IMG/VR virus record: IMGVR_UViG_3300045988_129816
DNA: 42,653 nt
Strand: one strand, 5' to 3'
Origin: a virus
The notes beneath the pieces were generated by a model that worked only from the letters and a program-made list of their open reading frames with translations, did not search any database and was not told the origin of the DNA. Positions 23,712 to 34,221 of this stretch are shown in pieces (position 1 is the first letter of the stretch; each line of letters opens with the position of its first letter). The position numbers and the translations under genes were made by a program.

Positions 23712-25526
23712 ATGTCAAGTGAAAAATTGAGGTCAAGAGAAAAAACAAGAAAATTATTTATGAGGTGTATTCATAAATCATTATCTCGACCGGAAAGGCT
23801 GACAGTTTCGCAATGGGCGGAGAAATACCGTATATTGACGGATAACTCCGCTTTGCCGGGTCGTTGGAGCAATGCCATTACACCGTATTTGGTTGAAATA
23901 ATGGACAGTTTCAATGACCCGTATATCCAAAATATTAATTTTGTGAAATCAACGCAAGTCGGCGGTACAGAAACATTAATTAATGCGACAGGGTGGATTA
24001 TAACACAAAATCCATCGCCAACAATGATTGTGTATCCGAATGATGAATTAGCAAAAGACGTGTCGAACGACAAATTAAAACCGGCATACCAAAAAACGAG
24101 AGAAATCAAATCAAGATTTTTTCAAACAAAATCATCTGAAAAGAATTTGCGTTTCAGAGGTATGAATTTATATTTGCGTTCGGGTAATACTCCGGCTGCA
24201 TTGGCTTCTAAAGCGATAAAATATTTGTTTTTTGATGAAATTGACAAAATGGCAGGTGCTACGAAAAAAGAAGCAAATCCATATAATTTGGCGGTAGAGA
24301 GAACTAAAACATATGGATATAGCAAAAAAATCTATACTTGTAGCACTCCAACGCTGAAATCTAATTATATTTGGAGATTTCATGAGAGAGCAGAAGTACA
24401 AAAATATTATTTTGTACCGTGTCCGCATTGCGGTGAAATGATAATTTTAAAATGGCAGCAAGTTCGTTTTCAGAATGATGAAGATAATAAAATGACGATA
24501 GAAGAACGTGCAGAAACGGCAAGTTACTATTGTCAAGAATGCGGTGCAGAGATAACCGACAGTGAAAAACGTGCGATTATTCGCCAAGGTGAATGGCGAG
24601 ATATGAAAAAAACGTGCAGAGAAAAACCAACGAGCGTAAGTTTTCATATTAATGCGTTATATTCATTTTTTGTATCGTGGAAAGATATAGCACTTGAATT
24701 TTTACGAAGCAAAGACGACCCGGAAGAATTACAGAATTTTATCAATTCGTGGTTGGCTGAACCGTGGGAAGATACCACGGTAAAGACAAGTGAAGAATTA
24801 GTTATGCAAAGGCAGGCGGAAGAACCGCAAGGGGTAGTACCTGATTGGGCGGTTATGCTTACGGCAGGTGTGGACGTACAAGAAACATCTGTATATTATG
24901 ACATTGTTGCTTGGGGTGCAGAGTGGACAAGTCAATCAATTATACATGGACAGTTATTATCATTGAACGATTTGGAAATGTATATGAATGCCGAGTATAA
25001 AAATTCTTCGGGCGAACAATTCTATGTTAATCTATGTTTAATCGACAGTGGCGACCAAACAACAGAGATATACGCATTTTGTTTGCGGCACGAGTGGGCG
25101 ATACCCGTTAAGGGTATAGATGGCGGTAACAATCATTATAGGGTAACAAAAATAAACCGTAAGGGTGCAGAATATGACGGGCAACAGTTGATATTGGTTG
25201 ACGGTGGCAAGTACAAAGATAGTATCGCAAGGCGATTGCAAAAAGAGAATGGTATTGGTTCTTGTATGGTTCATGCAGATTGTGATTTGGAATACGCAAA
25301 GCAATTAACAGCAGAGCATAAAGTGGCAGAGGGTTCAGGACAAAGGCGGCGATTAGTTTGGCGACCAAAAGTAAGTCACGGTGACAACCATTTTACGGAT
25401 TGTAGAGTATATGCGTCAGCGGCGGCGGATATTTGCGGTGTAAGAACTATCGGATTGTATGATGCGAACGAAGATGCGGCGGAAGAAACACCACATAAAA
25501 AATCAAGTTGGATAAACGGATATTAG
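23712..25526 (+). CDS. terL: Terminase large subunit, lambda GpA-like
   Basis: GpA-family co-linearity (…RWSNAITPYLVEIMDS…VKSTQVGGTE…), internal zinc ribbon CPHCGE…CQECGAE; start at ATG 23712 behind GAGGGGCGGAAT RBS. Confidence 0.8.
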   Translation: MSSEKLRSREKTRKLFMRCIHKSLSRPERLTVSQWAEKYRILTDNSALPGRWSNAITPYLVEIMDSFNDPYIQNINFVKSTQVGGTETLINATGWIITQNPSPTMIVYPNDELAKDVSNDKLKPAYQKTREIKSRFFQTKSSEKNLRFRGMNLYLRSGNTPAALASKAIKYLFFDEIDKMAGATKKEANPYNLAVERTKTYGYSKKIYTCSTPTLKSNYIWRFHERAEVQKYYFVPCPHCGEMIILKWQQVRFQNDEDNKMTIEERAETASYYCQECGAEITDSEKRAIIRQGEWRDMKKTCREKPTSVSFHINALYSFFVSWKDIALEFLRSKDDPEELQNFINSWLAEPWEDTTVKTSEELVMQRQAEEPQGVVPDWAVMLTAGVDVQETSVYYDIVAWGAEWTSQSIIHGQLLSLNDLEMYMNAEYKNSSGEQFYVNLCLIDSGDQTTEIYAFCLRHEWAIPVKGIDGGNNHYRVTKINRKGAEYDGQQLILVDGGKYKDSIARRLQKENGIGSCMVHADCDLEYAKQLTAEHKVAEGSGQRRRLVWRPKVSHGDNHFTDCRVYASAAADICGVRTIGLYDANEDAAEETPHKKSSWINGY

Positions 25527-25537
25527 GAGGCGGAAAG

Positions 25538-26680
25538 ATGTCAATATTGGATAGTATTCCTGATATATCATTCATTGGTGATATATCGGTTGAAAAATTA
25601 AAAGAGATTGGTATAAATGAATATAAATCCGCCTTGTCGGAAATCACAAGCGAAACAGTTACGCAAATAAGTGATGAAGATAAAGCAAAAATATATGCAC
25701 AGGCACAGATTATGTATCAAGTAGCAGAGATTATTAATAATCGAGCAAGGCAAAATTCGTTGAAATATGCAAGCGGAGCATATCTTGACAATAAAGCAAT
25801 AAGCCGATTATTACAACGAAAACAAGAAGAATATGCAGTGACAACAATACGATTTACATTATCGGCGGTCAGAGAAAATGTTATTGCTATTCCTGTCGGG
25901 ACAAGAGTTACCGGAGAAAGCGGAAACGTTTATTTTGCAACAAGCGAATATGCGGAAATACTTCCGGGAAATTTGTATGTTGACGTTTTATGTACTGCAA
26001 CAGACGGCGGCAGTGCTGCAAATAATTATGAAATCGGGGAACTTTCGACATTAGTAGACCCGATAGCATACATTGATAACGTAAAAAATATTGACAATCC
26101 GTTAGGCGGTGCAGATGTAGAAGATGATGATACACTTCGAGAACGTATATATAATTCACGTTATTTATACAGTACAACAGGTTCGGAGGGTGCATACATC
26201 TATTATGTCAAATCGTATTCTTCGTTGATTGATGATGTGGTTATTGATAATCCATCAGATGCGGAAATTGAAATTTATATATTGCTGAAAGACAGAGATT
26301 TAGCAACTGAAAGTTTTATTGAGGGACTTTCAGAATATATAAATAATCCCGATATAAAGGCAATCACAGACCATATAACAATAAAAAATGTGGAACGTGT
26401 TGAATATAGTATTGATGTTGAATATAGCATTTGTAATTCAGATATATCGGCATTAAATATTATACAACAAGATGTTAAAAGCAACATATACGAATATACA
26501 GAATGGCAAAGCCAAAAAATCGGCAGAGATATTGATATTCAAAAACTAATATCATATATCATTCAAGCAGGTGGACGAAAAATCAGAGTAAATTCTCCGT
26601 CTGTAAAAACCATAACAAATACGCAAATTGCGTACTGTACAGGTGTTAATATCACTTACAAAGGTACAGTTGAAGAATAG
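25538..26680 (+). CDS. Baseplate J-like protein (P2 gpJ / XkdT family)
   Basis: GGADVEDDDTLRERIYNS…GSEGAYIYY, …VERVEYSID…, …IGRDIDIQKL… co-linear with P2 gpJ from memory. Confidence 0.65.
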   Translation: MSILDSIPDISFIGDISVEKLKEIGINEYKSALSEITSETVTQISDEDKAKIYAQAQIMYQVAEIINNRARQNSLKYASGAYLDNKAISRLLQRKQEEYAVTTIRFTLSAVRENVIAIPVGTRVTGESGNVYFATSEYAEILPGNLYVDVLCTATDGGSAANNYEIGELSTLVDPIAYIDNVKNIDNPLGGADVEDDDTLRERIYNSRYLYSTTGSEGAYIYYVKSYSSLIDDVVIDNPSDAEIEIYILLKDRDLATESFIEGLSEYINNPDIKAITDHITIKNVERVEYSIDVEYSICNSDISALNIIQQDVKSNIYEYTEWQSQKIGRDIDIQKLISYIIQAGGRKIRVNSPSVKTITNTQIAYCTGVNITYKGTVEE

Positions 26681-26751
26681 AATACAAACGGGCAACTTTT
26701 AGATTATGTTTATAATCTTTAATTTGCCTGTTTTTTTATGGAGGGGTATAA

Positions 26752-26970
26752 ATGACAGATAAAGAGCAAGAATTGGTAGAGATAAAAAAGGCAATATCTA
26801 AAATTTTAAATGGCGGACAATCATATAGGATTGGAAACCGAACAATGACAAGAGCAGATTTAAAAACTCTGTACGATATGCAGACCAAAGTTGAGAACGA
26901 AATCGCCGAGAGTGAAAAAGGCGGCATACTCGGACGAAACGCATCGGCAGCGGTTTTTGATAGAAGGTAG
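26752..26970 (+). CDS. Lambda gpW-like head-tail joining protein
   Basis: About 70 aa; pattern MTxxExEL…G…R…L…GG…A…F resembling lambda W. Confidence 0.45.
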   Translation: MTDKEQELVEIKKAISKILNGGQSYRIGNRTMTRADLKTLYDMQTKVENEIAESEKGGILGRNASAAVFDRR

Positions 26971-26974
26971 AGAG

Positions 26975-27187
26975 ATGTTATATACGACAAAACAAGGCGA
27001 TACATGGGATAAAATCGCATATGAACAGTATAACAATGAAGAATTGATAAAGACGTTATTAACTGCAAATCCGCAGTATATTGACATAGCCGTTTTTGAT
27101 TATGGTGTAGTTTTAGAAATACCGACTATATCAAAAACTGATGATGAAATATTCTTACCACCGTGGAGGAAAAATAATGAGTTATGA
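26975..27187 (+). CDS. Tail protein X-like (LysM-like, P2 gpX / XkdP-type)
   Basis: YTTKQGDTWDKIAYEQY…LLTANPQY…GVVLEIP LysM-like pattern. Confidence 0.5.
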   Translation: MLYTTKQGDTWDKIAYEQYNNEELIKTLLTANPQYIDIAVFDYGVVLEIPTISKTDDEIFLPPWRKNNEL

Positions 27188-28202
27188 TTTTGTAAATGCT
27201 CCTCGCAGAGCCTTGGCGAAAATTGAAATACAAGGTAGCACAGTGTGGGGCGGTATCAGTTCATACAACCGAGATTTAACATTTACAGAAGTCGCAAGCG
27301 GTGAAACCGACAGCTTGGATATAAAACTTCACGATTGCGATAACCATTGGTTAAATGATTGGTTAATCGATAAAGGTACACGACTTTTGGCAAGAATTGA
27401 ATTGGAAAATTGGGATAAACAGAATGAATATCGCACAATAGATTGTGGTGAATTTATATGCGATAGCATAAAAGTAACAGGCTATCCGATAGAAGTTGTA
27501 ATTCGTTCTATTTCAATTCCCATAAACGGTACGAAAAATACGAAAAAGTGGGAAAAAGTTTCAGTCAGTGCCATAGCACAAGATATATGCAACCATTTAG
27601 GGGTAGGTTTGGAGTATTATGCCGATAGCATTGTTATTAAATCTCAAACGCAATCGCAGCAGACAGATATAGATTTTTTATTTAAAGTATGTCAAGAGTA
27701 TGGATTTGGAATGAAAGTGTATAAAAATAAAATCATTATTTTTGATAGGGCAAAACAAGACGAAGCGGAAAGTGTCGGCAGTTTTGAAGTGGGGGCTATT
27801 TCTGAAAGTTTTGAATTGTCCGACAATGAGGAGGGTTTTTATACCGGAGTGAAAATGAAGTATAAAAACGAGGGTGAAGATACTGAAAGGGAGTATATAT
27901 ACGGCGAAAAAGAAAAAATGCTGACACCAAGTACAACCGCATCGTCAATACAAGAGGCACAAATAAAAAGTAAAGCAGCGTTGTATAATGCAAATTCCAC
28001 AGCTATTAAATTAAAAATGAACTGTATGGGAGGTACGCCGATATATCCCGGCTCAAATTATTATTTTTCAGGATTAGGAAAATATAGCGGGAAATATGGT
28101 GTAGACAAGGCAACACATTATATTGATGAAAATGATTTTTATACAATTTCGGTAGAGGCACACGCAATAAATCTTGAAAAAGACGATGCGGCGGCAGATT
28201 GA
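27177..28202 (+). CDS. Late-control gpD / XkdQ-like baseplate hub protein
   Basis: DSLDIKLHDCDNHW, …SVSAIAQDICNHLGV…, …SQTQSQQTDIDFLFKVCQEYGFGMKVYKNKIIIF co-linear with P2 gpD from memory. Confidence 0.6.
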   Translation: MSYDFVNAPRRALAKIEIQGSTVWGGISSYNRDLTFTEVASGETDSLDIKLHDCDNHWLNDWLIDKGTRLLARIELENWDKQNEYRTIDCGEFICDSIKVTGYPIEVVIRSISIPINGTKNTKKWEKVSVSAIAQDICNHLGVGLEYYADSIVIKSQTQSQQTDIDFLFKVCQEYGFGMKVYKNKIIIFDRAKQDEAESVGSFEVGAISESFELSDNEEGFYTGVKMKYKNEGEDTEREYIYGEKEKMLTPSTTASSIQEAQIKSKAALYNANSTAIKLKMNCMGGTPIYPGSNYYFSGLGKYSGKYGVDKATHYIDENDFYTISVEAHAINLEKDDAAAD

Positions 28203-28286
28203 AAATGACGAGGAAAAGAAAACCGTAGGTAACTATGTTATGGGTTATATAGACGGTAAATATATGATAATTCGGAGGCGGAATAT

Positions 28287-29738
28287 ATGGGTTTTATAGA
28301 GAAAATCTCGCCCAAATGGGCGTATAAACGAGAGGCTTGGCGACAGGCGAATGAAATTCAAAAGAGAAATTATGATGCCGGAATGTATGACAGACAAAAT
28401 CGAAATTGGTTTGCACATAATGAGAGTGGTGAACAAACCGATAAATATTTTAGAGGAACTGTACGTGCGAGGAGCAGAGACCTCGAACGAAATAGCGATT
28501 TAATGAATGCCAACATACACCCGTGGGTAAGGAATGTAGTCGGTAAGGGGTACACCCTTGAGGCTAAAACAGACGATGAGGAATTTAACGATAATATTGA
28601 AAAGCTATGGGTAAAATGGTGCAAAAAAGATAATTGTGACGTAACAGGTTCACAGTCATTTTGGGAAATGGCACGAATGGCAATCAGACGAAAACGTGTA
28701 GACGGCGGTATTTTGTTTATAAAATGCTATACAAGGGGCGGCATAGTTCCGTTTAAATTACAAGCGTTAGAGGTTGACGAATTGGACGAAGTTCAATCAA
28801 AACCGAATTATGAGGGCGATAAGGTCGTTGGCGGTATCGAATATAACAGCTATAACAAGGCTGTCGGATATTGGATAAAAGAATATGACATTGAGGGTTA
28901 TTTAAAGCCTGTAAGTAGGTTTGTTGAAAGAAAAAACGTGATTTTTTATTTCTCTAAGACACGTCCATCTCAAATACGAGAAATGCCCGAAATGTCAGCG
29001 ACAATCGGAAGAATAAAAGAAGTAAACGGCTATATCGAGGCGGCAACCATCAAAGAAAGAATTGCAGCTTGTCTATCGGTATTTATAAAAAAGGAATTAC
29101 CGACAGGCGGTATAGGTCGTACAAACACGGTAAAGGGAAATCGAAAGTATGATGATTTGGAACTGACACCGGGTTTAATTACCGATTTGAATGCCGGTGA
29201 CGATATTCAAGTTGTAAATCCGGGTAATTCAGCTACAAACGGCAGCGACTTTATAAAAACAACTCAACGTTTAATTTCGGCAGGGCAAGGCATAAGCTAC
29301 GAGTCAACATCACGAGATTTGAGTAGTGCAAATTATTCATCTGCAAGGCAGGCGACAATCGAAGATGAAGAAACGTTTACACCCGAAGTTCAAAAATTAC
29401 AAGATGAATTTTTGGACGAAACATACGAAACATTTGTTATATCGGCAGTTTTATCGGGTGCAATTCAATGCCCTGATTTTTGGACAAATAAAGAAAAATA
29501 CTTAGAACACGAATGGAACAGAAAACCGAAAAAGTGGATAGACCCTCAAAAAGAGGCTAATGCAAATAAAATTGCTATCACAACGGGGCAGAAAACTCTA
29601 AATGATATTTGGAGGGAAGACGGAAAAGACTTCAAAACTGTTCTTGACGATATGAAAAAAATTGAGGAATATGCAAATCAAATCGGACTTGATTTGAACT
29701 TTCCTTACTTGAAAGGAGGTGGGGAAAATGCAAAATGA
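28287..29738 (+). CDS. Portal protein, lambda gpB type
   Basis: RARSRDLERNSDLMNANIHPWVRNVVGKGYTLEA matches the lambda-B portal signature. Confidence 0.75.
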   Translation: MGFIEKISPKWAYKREAWRQANEIQKRNYDAGMYDRQNRNWFAHNESGEQTDKYFRGTVRARSRDLERNSDLMNANIHPWVRNVVGKGYTLEAKTDDEEFNDNIEKLWVKWCKKDNCDVTGSQSFWEMARMAIRRKRVDGGILFIKCYTRGGIVPFKLQALEVDELDEVQSKPNYEGDKVVGGIEYNSYNKAVGYWIKEYDIEGYLKPVSRFVERKNVIFYFSKTRPSQIREMPEMSATIGRIKEVNGYIEAATIKERIAACLSVFIKKELPTGGIGRTNTVKGNRKYDDLELTPGLITDLNAGDDIQVVNPGNSATNGSDFIKTTQRLISAGQGISYESTSRDLSSANYSSARQATIEDEETFTPEVQKLQDEFLDETYETFVISAVLSGAIQCPDFWTNKEKYLEHEWNRKPKKWIDPQKEANANKIAITTGQKTLNDIWREDGKDFKTVLDDMKKIEEYANQIGLDLNFPYLKGGGENAK

Positions 29739-30327
29739 AAGATTTAAGGGTATGCAAACCCGAGAAATGCAGCTAAGCGGAATTAGAGTGCTGAATGAAG
29801 ATGATAGAACTGTTGAGTTATCTTTTTCTTCCGAAACACCTATTGAGCGTTGGGGAGCATTTGAGGTGTTGTCGCATACCAAAAGTGCGGTACAGTTGAA
29901 CAGAATATTGACAACAGGCTGTTTATTATATAACCATAACCGAGATACCGTTATTGGTAAGATATGCTCGGCGAAAGTCGAAAATAAGCGAGGCGTTGCG
30001 GTAGTTCAATTTGATGAAGATGAAAAAAGCGATATTATTTTTCAAAAAGTCAAAAATGGTTCATTGAGAGGTGTGTCGGTGGGATATACAATTCAAGACT
30101 ATAAAAAAGACGTAACCGGGCAGGGAGAGGCACGACAAGTTACCTATACTGCAACAAAATGGGAACCGTATGAAATATCTATTGTTTCTGTTCCGGCAGA
30201 CATATCTGTTGGAGTCGGGAGAAGTATGGAAGATGACATAACCCAAAAATCAAACATAAGAATGTTTGAAAACCAAATTAAACTAAATGAAAATTTATTA
30301 ATGGAGGAGGCAAAATCAGATGCTTAA
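29728..30327 (+). CDS. Prohead protease (HK97 family)
   Basis: LLYNHNRDTVIGKI (His) and VSVGY (Ser) motifs; AGGAGG RBS before ATG 29728. Confidence 0.6.
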   Translation: MQNERFKGMQTREMQLSGIRVLNEDDRTVELSFSSETPIERWGAFEVLSHTKSAVQLNRILTTGCLLYNHNRDTVIGKICSAKVENKRGVAVVQFDEDEKSDIIFQKVKNGSLRGVSVGYTIQDYKKDVTGQGEARQVTYTATKWEPYEISIVSVPADISVGVGRSMEDDITQKSNIRMFENQIKLNENLLMEEAKSDA

Positions 30328-31831
30328 AAAGTTAATTGCGATGCAAAAAAGAATAATGGACACCGCTAAGGCGGAAAAAAGAGAACTAAATGAAGGCGAA
30401 CAACGTGAATTTAATTTATTGCAGAGTTTGATTGACAACATTCGTTCAGAAGAAAATAACGGTCAAGGAAACGCAGAACCAACAGAAAATCAAGGCGAAC
30501 AACCAACAGAACCTGAAGGTGCAAGACAGTTTGATACCGGATATTCTGCTAATGATGCCGCACAAATCACATCATTGTGTAGAAGTTTTAACGTAGATGC
30601 CACGGAATATCTTCAAAAAGGTATGTCGTTAGATAGCGTAAGAGCGGCAATAATTGATGAATTGATGAACCGTCAAAAACCTGTAAGCAGTCATATGCAG
30701 GTTACAGATGATGAGGGTGACAAATTCAGACGAGCAGCGACAGACGGTATTTTGTTGCGTTACGGAGTAAGTGTACAAAATCCGTCAGAGGGTTCAAACA
30801 TTTACAACGGTGTAACAATCCGTGAAATTGCCATTGAGTGCTTGGAGCGTGAACACGGTGGACAAGATTTTAGACATATGAATATCGAAGATATTTATAG
30901 CCATTGTTATAGAGAATTTTATAATCCTACATCGGCATTCCCGTCAATACTTGACGATGTTGTAAAAAAATCATATGTTGCAGGATTACAGAAACAAAAG
31001 ACACAGTTTGATAAATGGGTAGGCGTGGGTTCGTTACCGAACTTCAAAAAGACAACAAATCATGAATATTTAATGTCACTTGGCGGTGAACTTGAACAGG
31101 TCAAAGAAAACGGCGAATTGCCGGCATATACACCGGTTGATGTTCCAATGCCTGAACGTCAGCTAAAGACATATGGTCGTCAATTCACAATGACCCGTGA
31201 GGCATTTATTAATGATGATATTGGACTATTGACAACAATGCCGCAAAGATATGCTGCTCTATCTGCAAATACTCAAAATAAACTTGTGTATCAAATCTTG
31301 ACACAAAATAAGAAGATTTATGACGGTAAAGTATTATTCAGTGCCGAAAGAGGCAATACACTTCAAAAGGGTACAAAGCCAACGATAGAGTCCATCGAAA
31401 GAATGATTTATCTGTTGGGAATGCAAAAAGATGAGGCAGGCGACCAACTTATGCTTATGCCGGATTTGTTTATTGTTCCGTTGGGTATGGGAACAGACCT
31501 AAGAACAATTCTATATTCACCTACTATACATACACCGGAAAACACACAAGCCGTAAATCCGTATTTGGGAATGAATTTCACTGTTGTTGAAGATACAACA
31601 TTGAATGCACAGGTGAAAGCCGGAAATCCTGTACCTTGGTTTATGGGCGTCAAGGGCGAAACTATCCAAATTGATTATCTAAACGGTCAAAAAGAGGCTA
31701 CAATCCGCAGGTCTGAACAGGCAGGTAAATTGGGATTTGTATGGGATGTATATCACGATTTCGGTATAACTGTAAAACACCCTCAAACAATAATCAGAAA
31801 TCCGGGTGTAGTGATAGATATGAGTGAATAA
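30320..31831 (+). CDS. Major capsid protein (HK97 fold) with N-terminal coiled-coil delta/scaffold region
   Basis: Position after protease, N-terminal coiled coil, length, HK97-like C-terminal region. Confidence 0.65.
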   Translation: MLKKLIAMQKRIMDTAKAEKRELNEGEQREFNLLQSLIDNIRSEENNGQGNAEPTENQGEQPTEPEGARQFDTGYSANDAAQITSLCRSFNVDATEYLQKGMSLDSVRAAIIDELMNRQKPVSSHMQVTDDEGDKFRRAATDGILLRYGVSVQNPSEGSNIYNGVTIREIAIECLEREHGGQDFRHMNIEDIYSHCYREFYNPTSAFPSILDDVVKKSYVAGLQKQKTQFDKWVGVGSLPNFKKTTNHEYLMSLGGELEQVKENGELPAYTPVDVPMPERQLKTYGRQFTMTREAFINDDIGLLTTMPQRYAALSANTQNKLVYQILTQNKKIYDGKVLFSAERGNTLQKGTKPTIESIERMIYLLGMQKDEAGDQLMLMPDLFIVPLGMGTDLRTILYSPTIHTPENTQAVNPYLGMNFTVVEDTTLNAQVKAGNPVPWFMGVKGETIQIDYLNGQKEATIRRSEQAGKLGFVWDVYHDFGITVKHPQTIIRNPGVVIDMSE

Positions 31832-31833
31832 TC

Positions 31834-32223
31834 ATGATAGGTTATTGGGGATATTTGCAGTTTGAAACCAATGACGATTGGTTACAGTATCCATCCGACA
31901 TAGAACGTACCGTCAAAGGGCGGTACGCTACGTTCTATCCAGGTGACGGCAGCAGAGCAAAGCGACAATTCAAAGGAGCAGAAACAGGTACACTCACATT
32001 TACAATGTATTTAGACCAACGTTTTAACTCAAATCTGCGAGATTTGTTGGCGGAGATGGCAGATTGGGTTAATACAGGTGTAGCAGGTGAATTGGTTATA
32101 GGTAATCGTTCTTACGGATATAATATGTGGGTTTGTACCAAAATGGTTGAAAAGTTCAAAGAAGTAATACACGGCGGTATTATTACGAGAGCAGAAGTAG
32201 AAGTCACATTGGAGGAGTGCTGA
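31834..32223 (+). CDS. Hypothetical head-module protein
   Basis: ORF in structural operon. Confidence 0.4.
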   Translation: MIGYWGYLQFETNDDWLQYPSDIERTVKGRYATFYPGDGSRAKRQFKGAETGTLTFTMYLDQRFNSNLRDLLAEMADWVNTGVAGELVIGNRSYGYNMWVCTKMVEKFKEVIHGGIITRAEVEVTLEEC

Positions 32224-32511
32224 ATGTTCACTGTTGATTTATCTGTTGAAAAAACTCAAATGACATCTGATGAAGTGTCATTATTGCAAAAAAATATTGC
32301 ATTTTGGTTAAACACCCCGAGGGGAAGTCTACCGCAAATGCGTGATTTCGGATTGAATTATGATGTTATAGACGAACCACTTCAAACATTTAAAATGAAA
32401 ATAACTGTTGATACAATTAGCAAAGTGCGTGATTTATACGGGGTGAAAATAAAAACAATCAATGTAACTGCCGATGAAAACGGCAAAGCAACTTTAAAAA
32501 TAACGATATGA
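32224..32511 (+). CDS. gp25-like baseplate wedge protein (P2 gpW / GPW_gp25 family)
   Basis: IAFWLNTPRGSLPQMRDFGLNYDVIDEP and C-terminal NGKATLKITI co-linear with P2 gpW. Confidence 0.55.
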   Translation: MFTVDLSVEKTQMTSDEVSLLQKNIAFWLNTPRGSLPQMRDFGLNYDVIDEPLQTFKMKITVDTISKVRDLYGVKIKTINVTADENGKATLKITI

Positions 32512-32524
32512 GGAGGAGTAACAA

Positions 32525-32851
32525 ATGAAAGCTACATATGTGCAAAAAGGCGAAAATATCAATTATAAAAATCCGACAGAGGATAAAATAACACTCGGCA
32601 CACTGATTATAATTGGTGCGATATGTGCCGTTGCAGCAGATGATATTGAACCGGGCGAAATCGGAACTGTTGCAACTACAGGTTCTTGGAACATTCCAAA
32701 GGATAACACAGCAATAGAAATCGGTGATAAAGTCTATTACGACAGTGAAAATGATGTTGCAACAAAGACCGCTAAAGACAATGTTATAGGTTATGCAATC
32801 GAAAGTGCAGATGCCGAAAGTTCTACCGTAAAAGTTAAATTGAATGGTTGA
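32525..32851 (+). CDS. DUF2190-family head-associated protein
   Basis: Pattern …PGEIGTVATTGSW…AIEIGDKVYYD…VKVKLNG typical of DUF2190. Confidence 0.5.
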   Translation: MKATYVQKGENINYKNPTEDKITLGTLIIIGAICAVAADDIEPGEIGTVATTGSWNIPKDNTAIEIGDKVYYDSENDVATKTAKDNVIGYAIESADAESSTVKVKLNG

Positions 32852-32855
32852 TAAT

Positions 32856-33191
32856 ATGGATTTCAAGGAAATATTGCAAGATGATATTAACAATGCGTTT
32901 TTGGATAGTTCGGAATTTGCAGAAGTGCATAACGTGAACGGTCAAGAAGTTAATATTGTTATTGATGACAATGTGACTGACGGAACAGAAACAGGAATAT
33001 ACGGAATATCTCAAAAAATTGATGATGGATTGTACAAGGGAGATAAGGTCATTTATATCTCGACAGAAGATACCAAAAGACCTCCGCCCGGCAATATGTT
33101 AGTATTGGATAATATCAGATATACCATTGTTTCAACGACCGAACAATGCGGAATGTACATGGTCGTAATCAGGAAAATAGGCGTGAGGTAA
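32856..33191 (+). CDS. Head closure / head-tail adaptor-like protein
   Basis: Size, position and C-terminal beta pattern. Confidence 0.35.
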   Translation: MDFKEILQDDINNAFLDSSEFAEVHNVNGQEVNIVIDDNVTDGTETGIYGISQKIDDGLYKGDKVIYISTEDTKRPPPGNMLVLDNIRYTIVSTTEQCGMYMVVIRKIGVR

Positions 33192-33196
33192 AGACA

Positions 33197-33733
33197 ATGG
33201 AAGTAGTAGTTCTTGTTGAAGTTGATGAGGCATTACAATATGCCCGTCAAAAGTTGGGTGCAATGCAAAAGAAAGCACCGCAAGCGGTGAGAACCGCATT
33301 GAATAAAACTGCACGAGAGGCAAAAAAACAAGATGAAAGAATAACCAAACAGACATATACCGCCAAGGGTGATATACATTCATTGCAATTCAAAAAGGCT
33401 ACAACGGCTAATTTGCAAGCAATTTTAAAGGATAAAGGTTCTAATATATCAATGTCACATTTCAGAACGTATGTCGGCAAAAAAAGAATTTCTGCGGTGA
33501 TTAATACAAAACACGGTAGAAGAAACCTCGGCAAATACGGAAATAAAGCATTTTTTTGGAATACAATATTCGTTCGTGAGGGGCAATCAAGATTGCCGAT
33601 TGAAAAAATGGCATCTATATCATCTCCGGTTATGCACGGTAACGATAATACTTGGGGAACAATCGAAGATGATGTAAGAAGCAAGTTATATGAAAACATT
33701 GATAAAGAAATTGAAAGGATATTAGGATTATGA
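33197..33733 (+). CDS. HK97 gp10-like head-tail joining protein
   Basis: Size and position; weak pattern match. Confidence 0.4.
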   Translation: MEVVVLVEVDEALQYARQKLGAMQKKAPQAVRTALNKTAREAKKQDERITKQTYTAKGDIHSLQFKKATTANLQAILKDKGSNISMSHFRTYVGKKRISAVINTKHGRRNLGKYGNKAFFWNTIFVREGQSRLPIEKMASISSPVMHGNDNTWGTIEDDVRSKLYENIDKEIERILGL

Positions 33734-34206
33734 CGGAAGTTGATTTGCAAAAAGAAATACGAAAAATCATAGTTCAAGAATTAATACCCGATATGAAAAT
33801 TTTTGAGCCGAATACATTTAAAGGATTTCTTCAAGATATACCACTTGACCTTGGTTACGGTGATGAAACTGAAATTGTTGATAAAAACGTTCCGTGCTGC
33901 ATTGTAAAAATAAATGCAGGGGAAATAAACGGAGCAAGTAAACCCGAAACAGTTACGGTTGAAATAATCATTGTAATAAAAGATGAAAGCGAAGATATGT
34001 CGGGTTATCAGACGTTGATGGTGGTTATCAATCGTATACGAGATTATTTTACTGCAAATGTTGGCATTCAAAACAAATATCGTATGAAATATCCGATAAA
34101 GTGGGGTATTAATGATAATACCATAGCACCGTATTTTGTAGGTAATTTGATTACACAATGGGATATTGAGCGTATGCCATTTCATGACATTGCAAGGTTT
34201 TTGTAA
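33730..34206 (+). CDS. Neck / tail-terminator-like hypothetical protein
   Basis: Position before sheath. Confidence 0.3.
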   Translation: MTEVDLQKEIRKIIVQELIPDMKIFEPNTFKGFLQDIPLDLGYGDETEIVDKNVPCCIVKINAGEINGASKPETVTVEIIIVIKDESEDMSGYQTLMVVINRIRDYFTANVGIQNKYRMKYPIKWGINDNTIAPYFVGNLITQWDIERMPFHDIARFL

Positions 34207-34221
34207 TAAGGAGGTTAAAAC

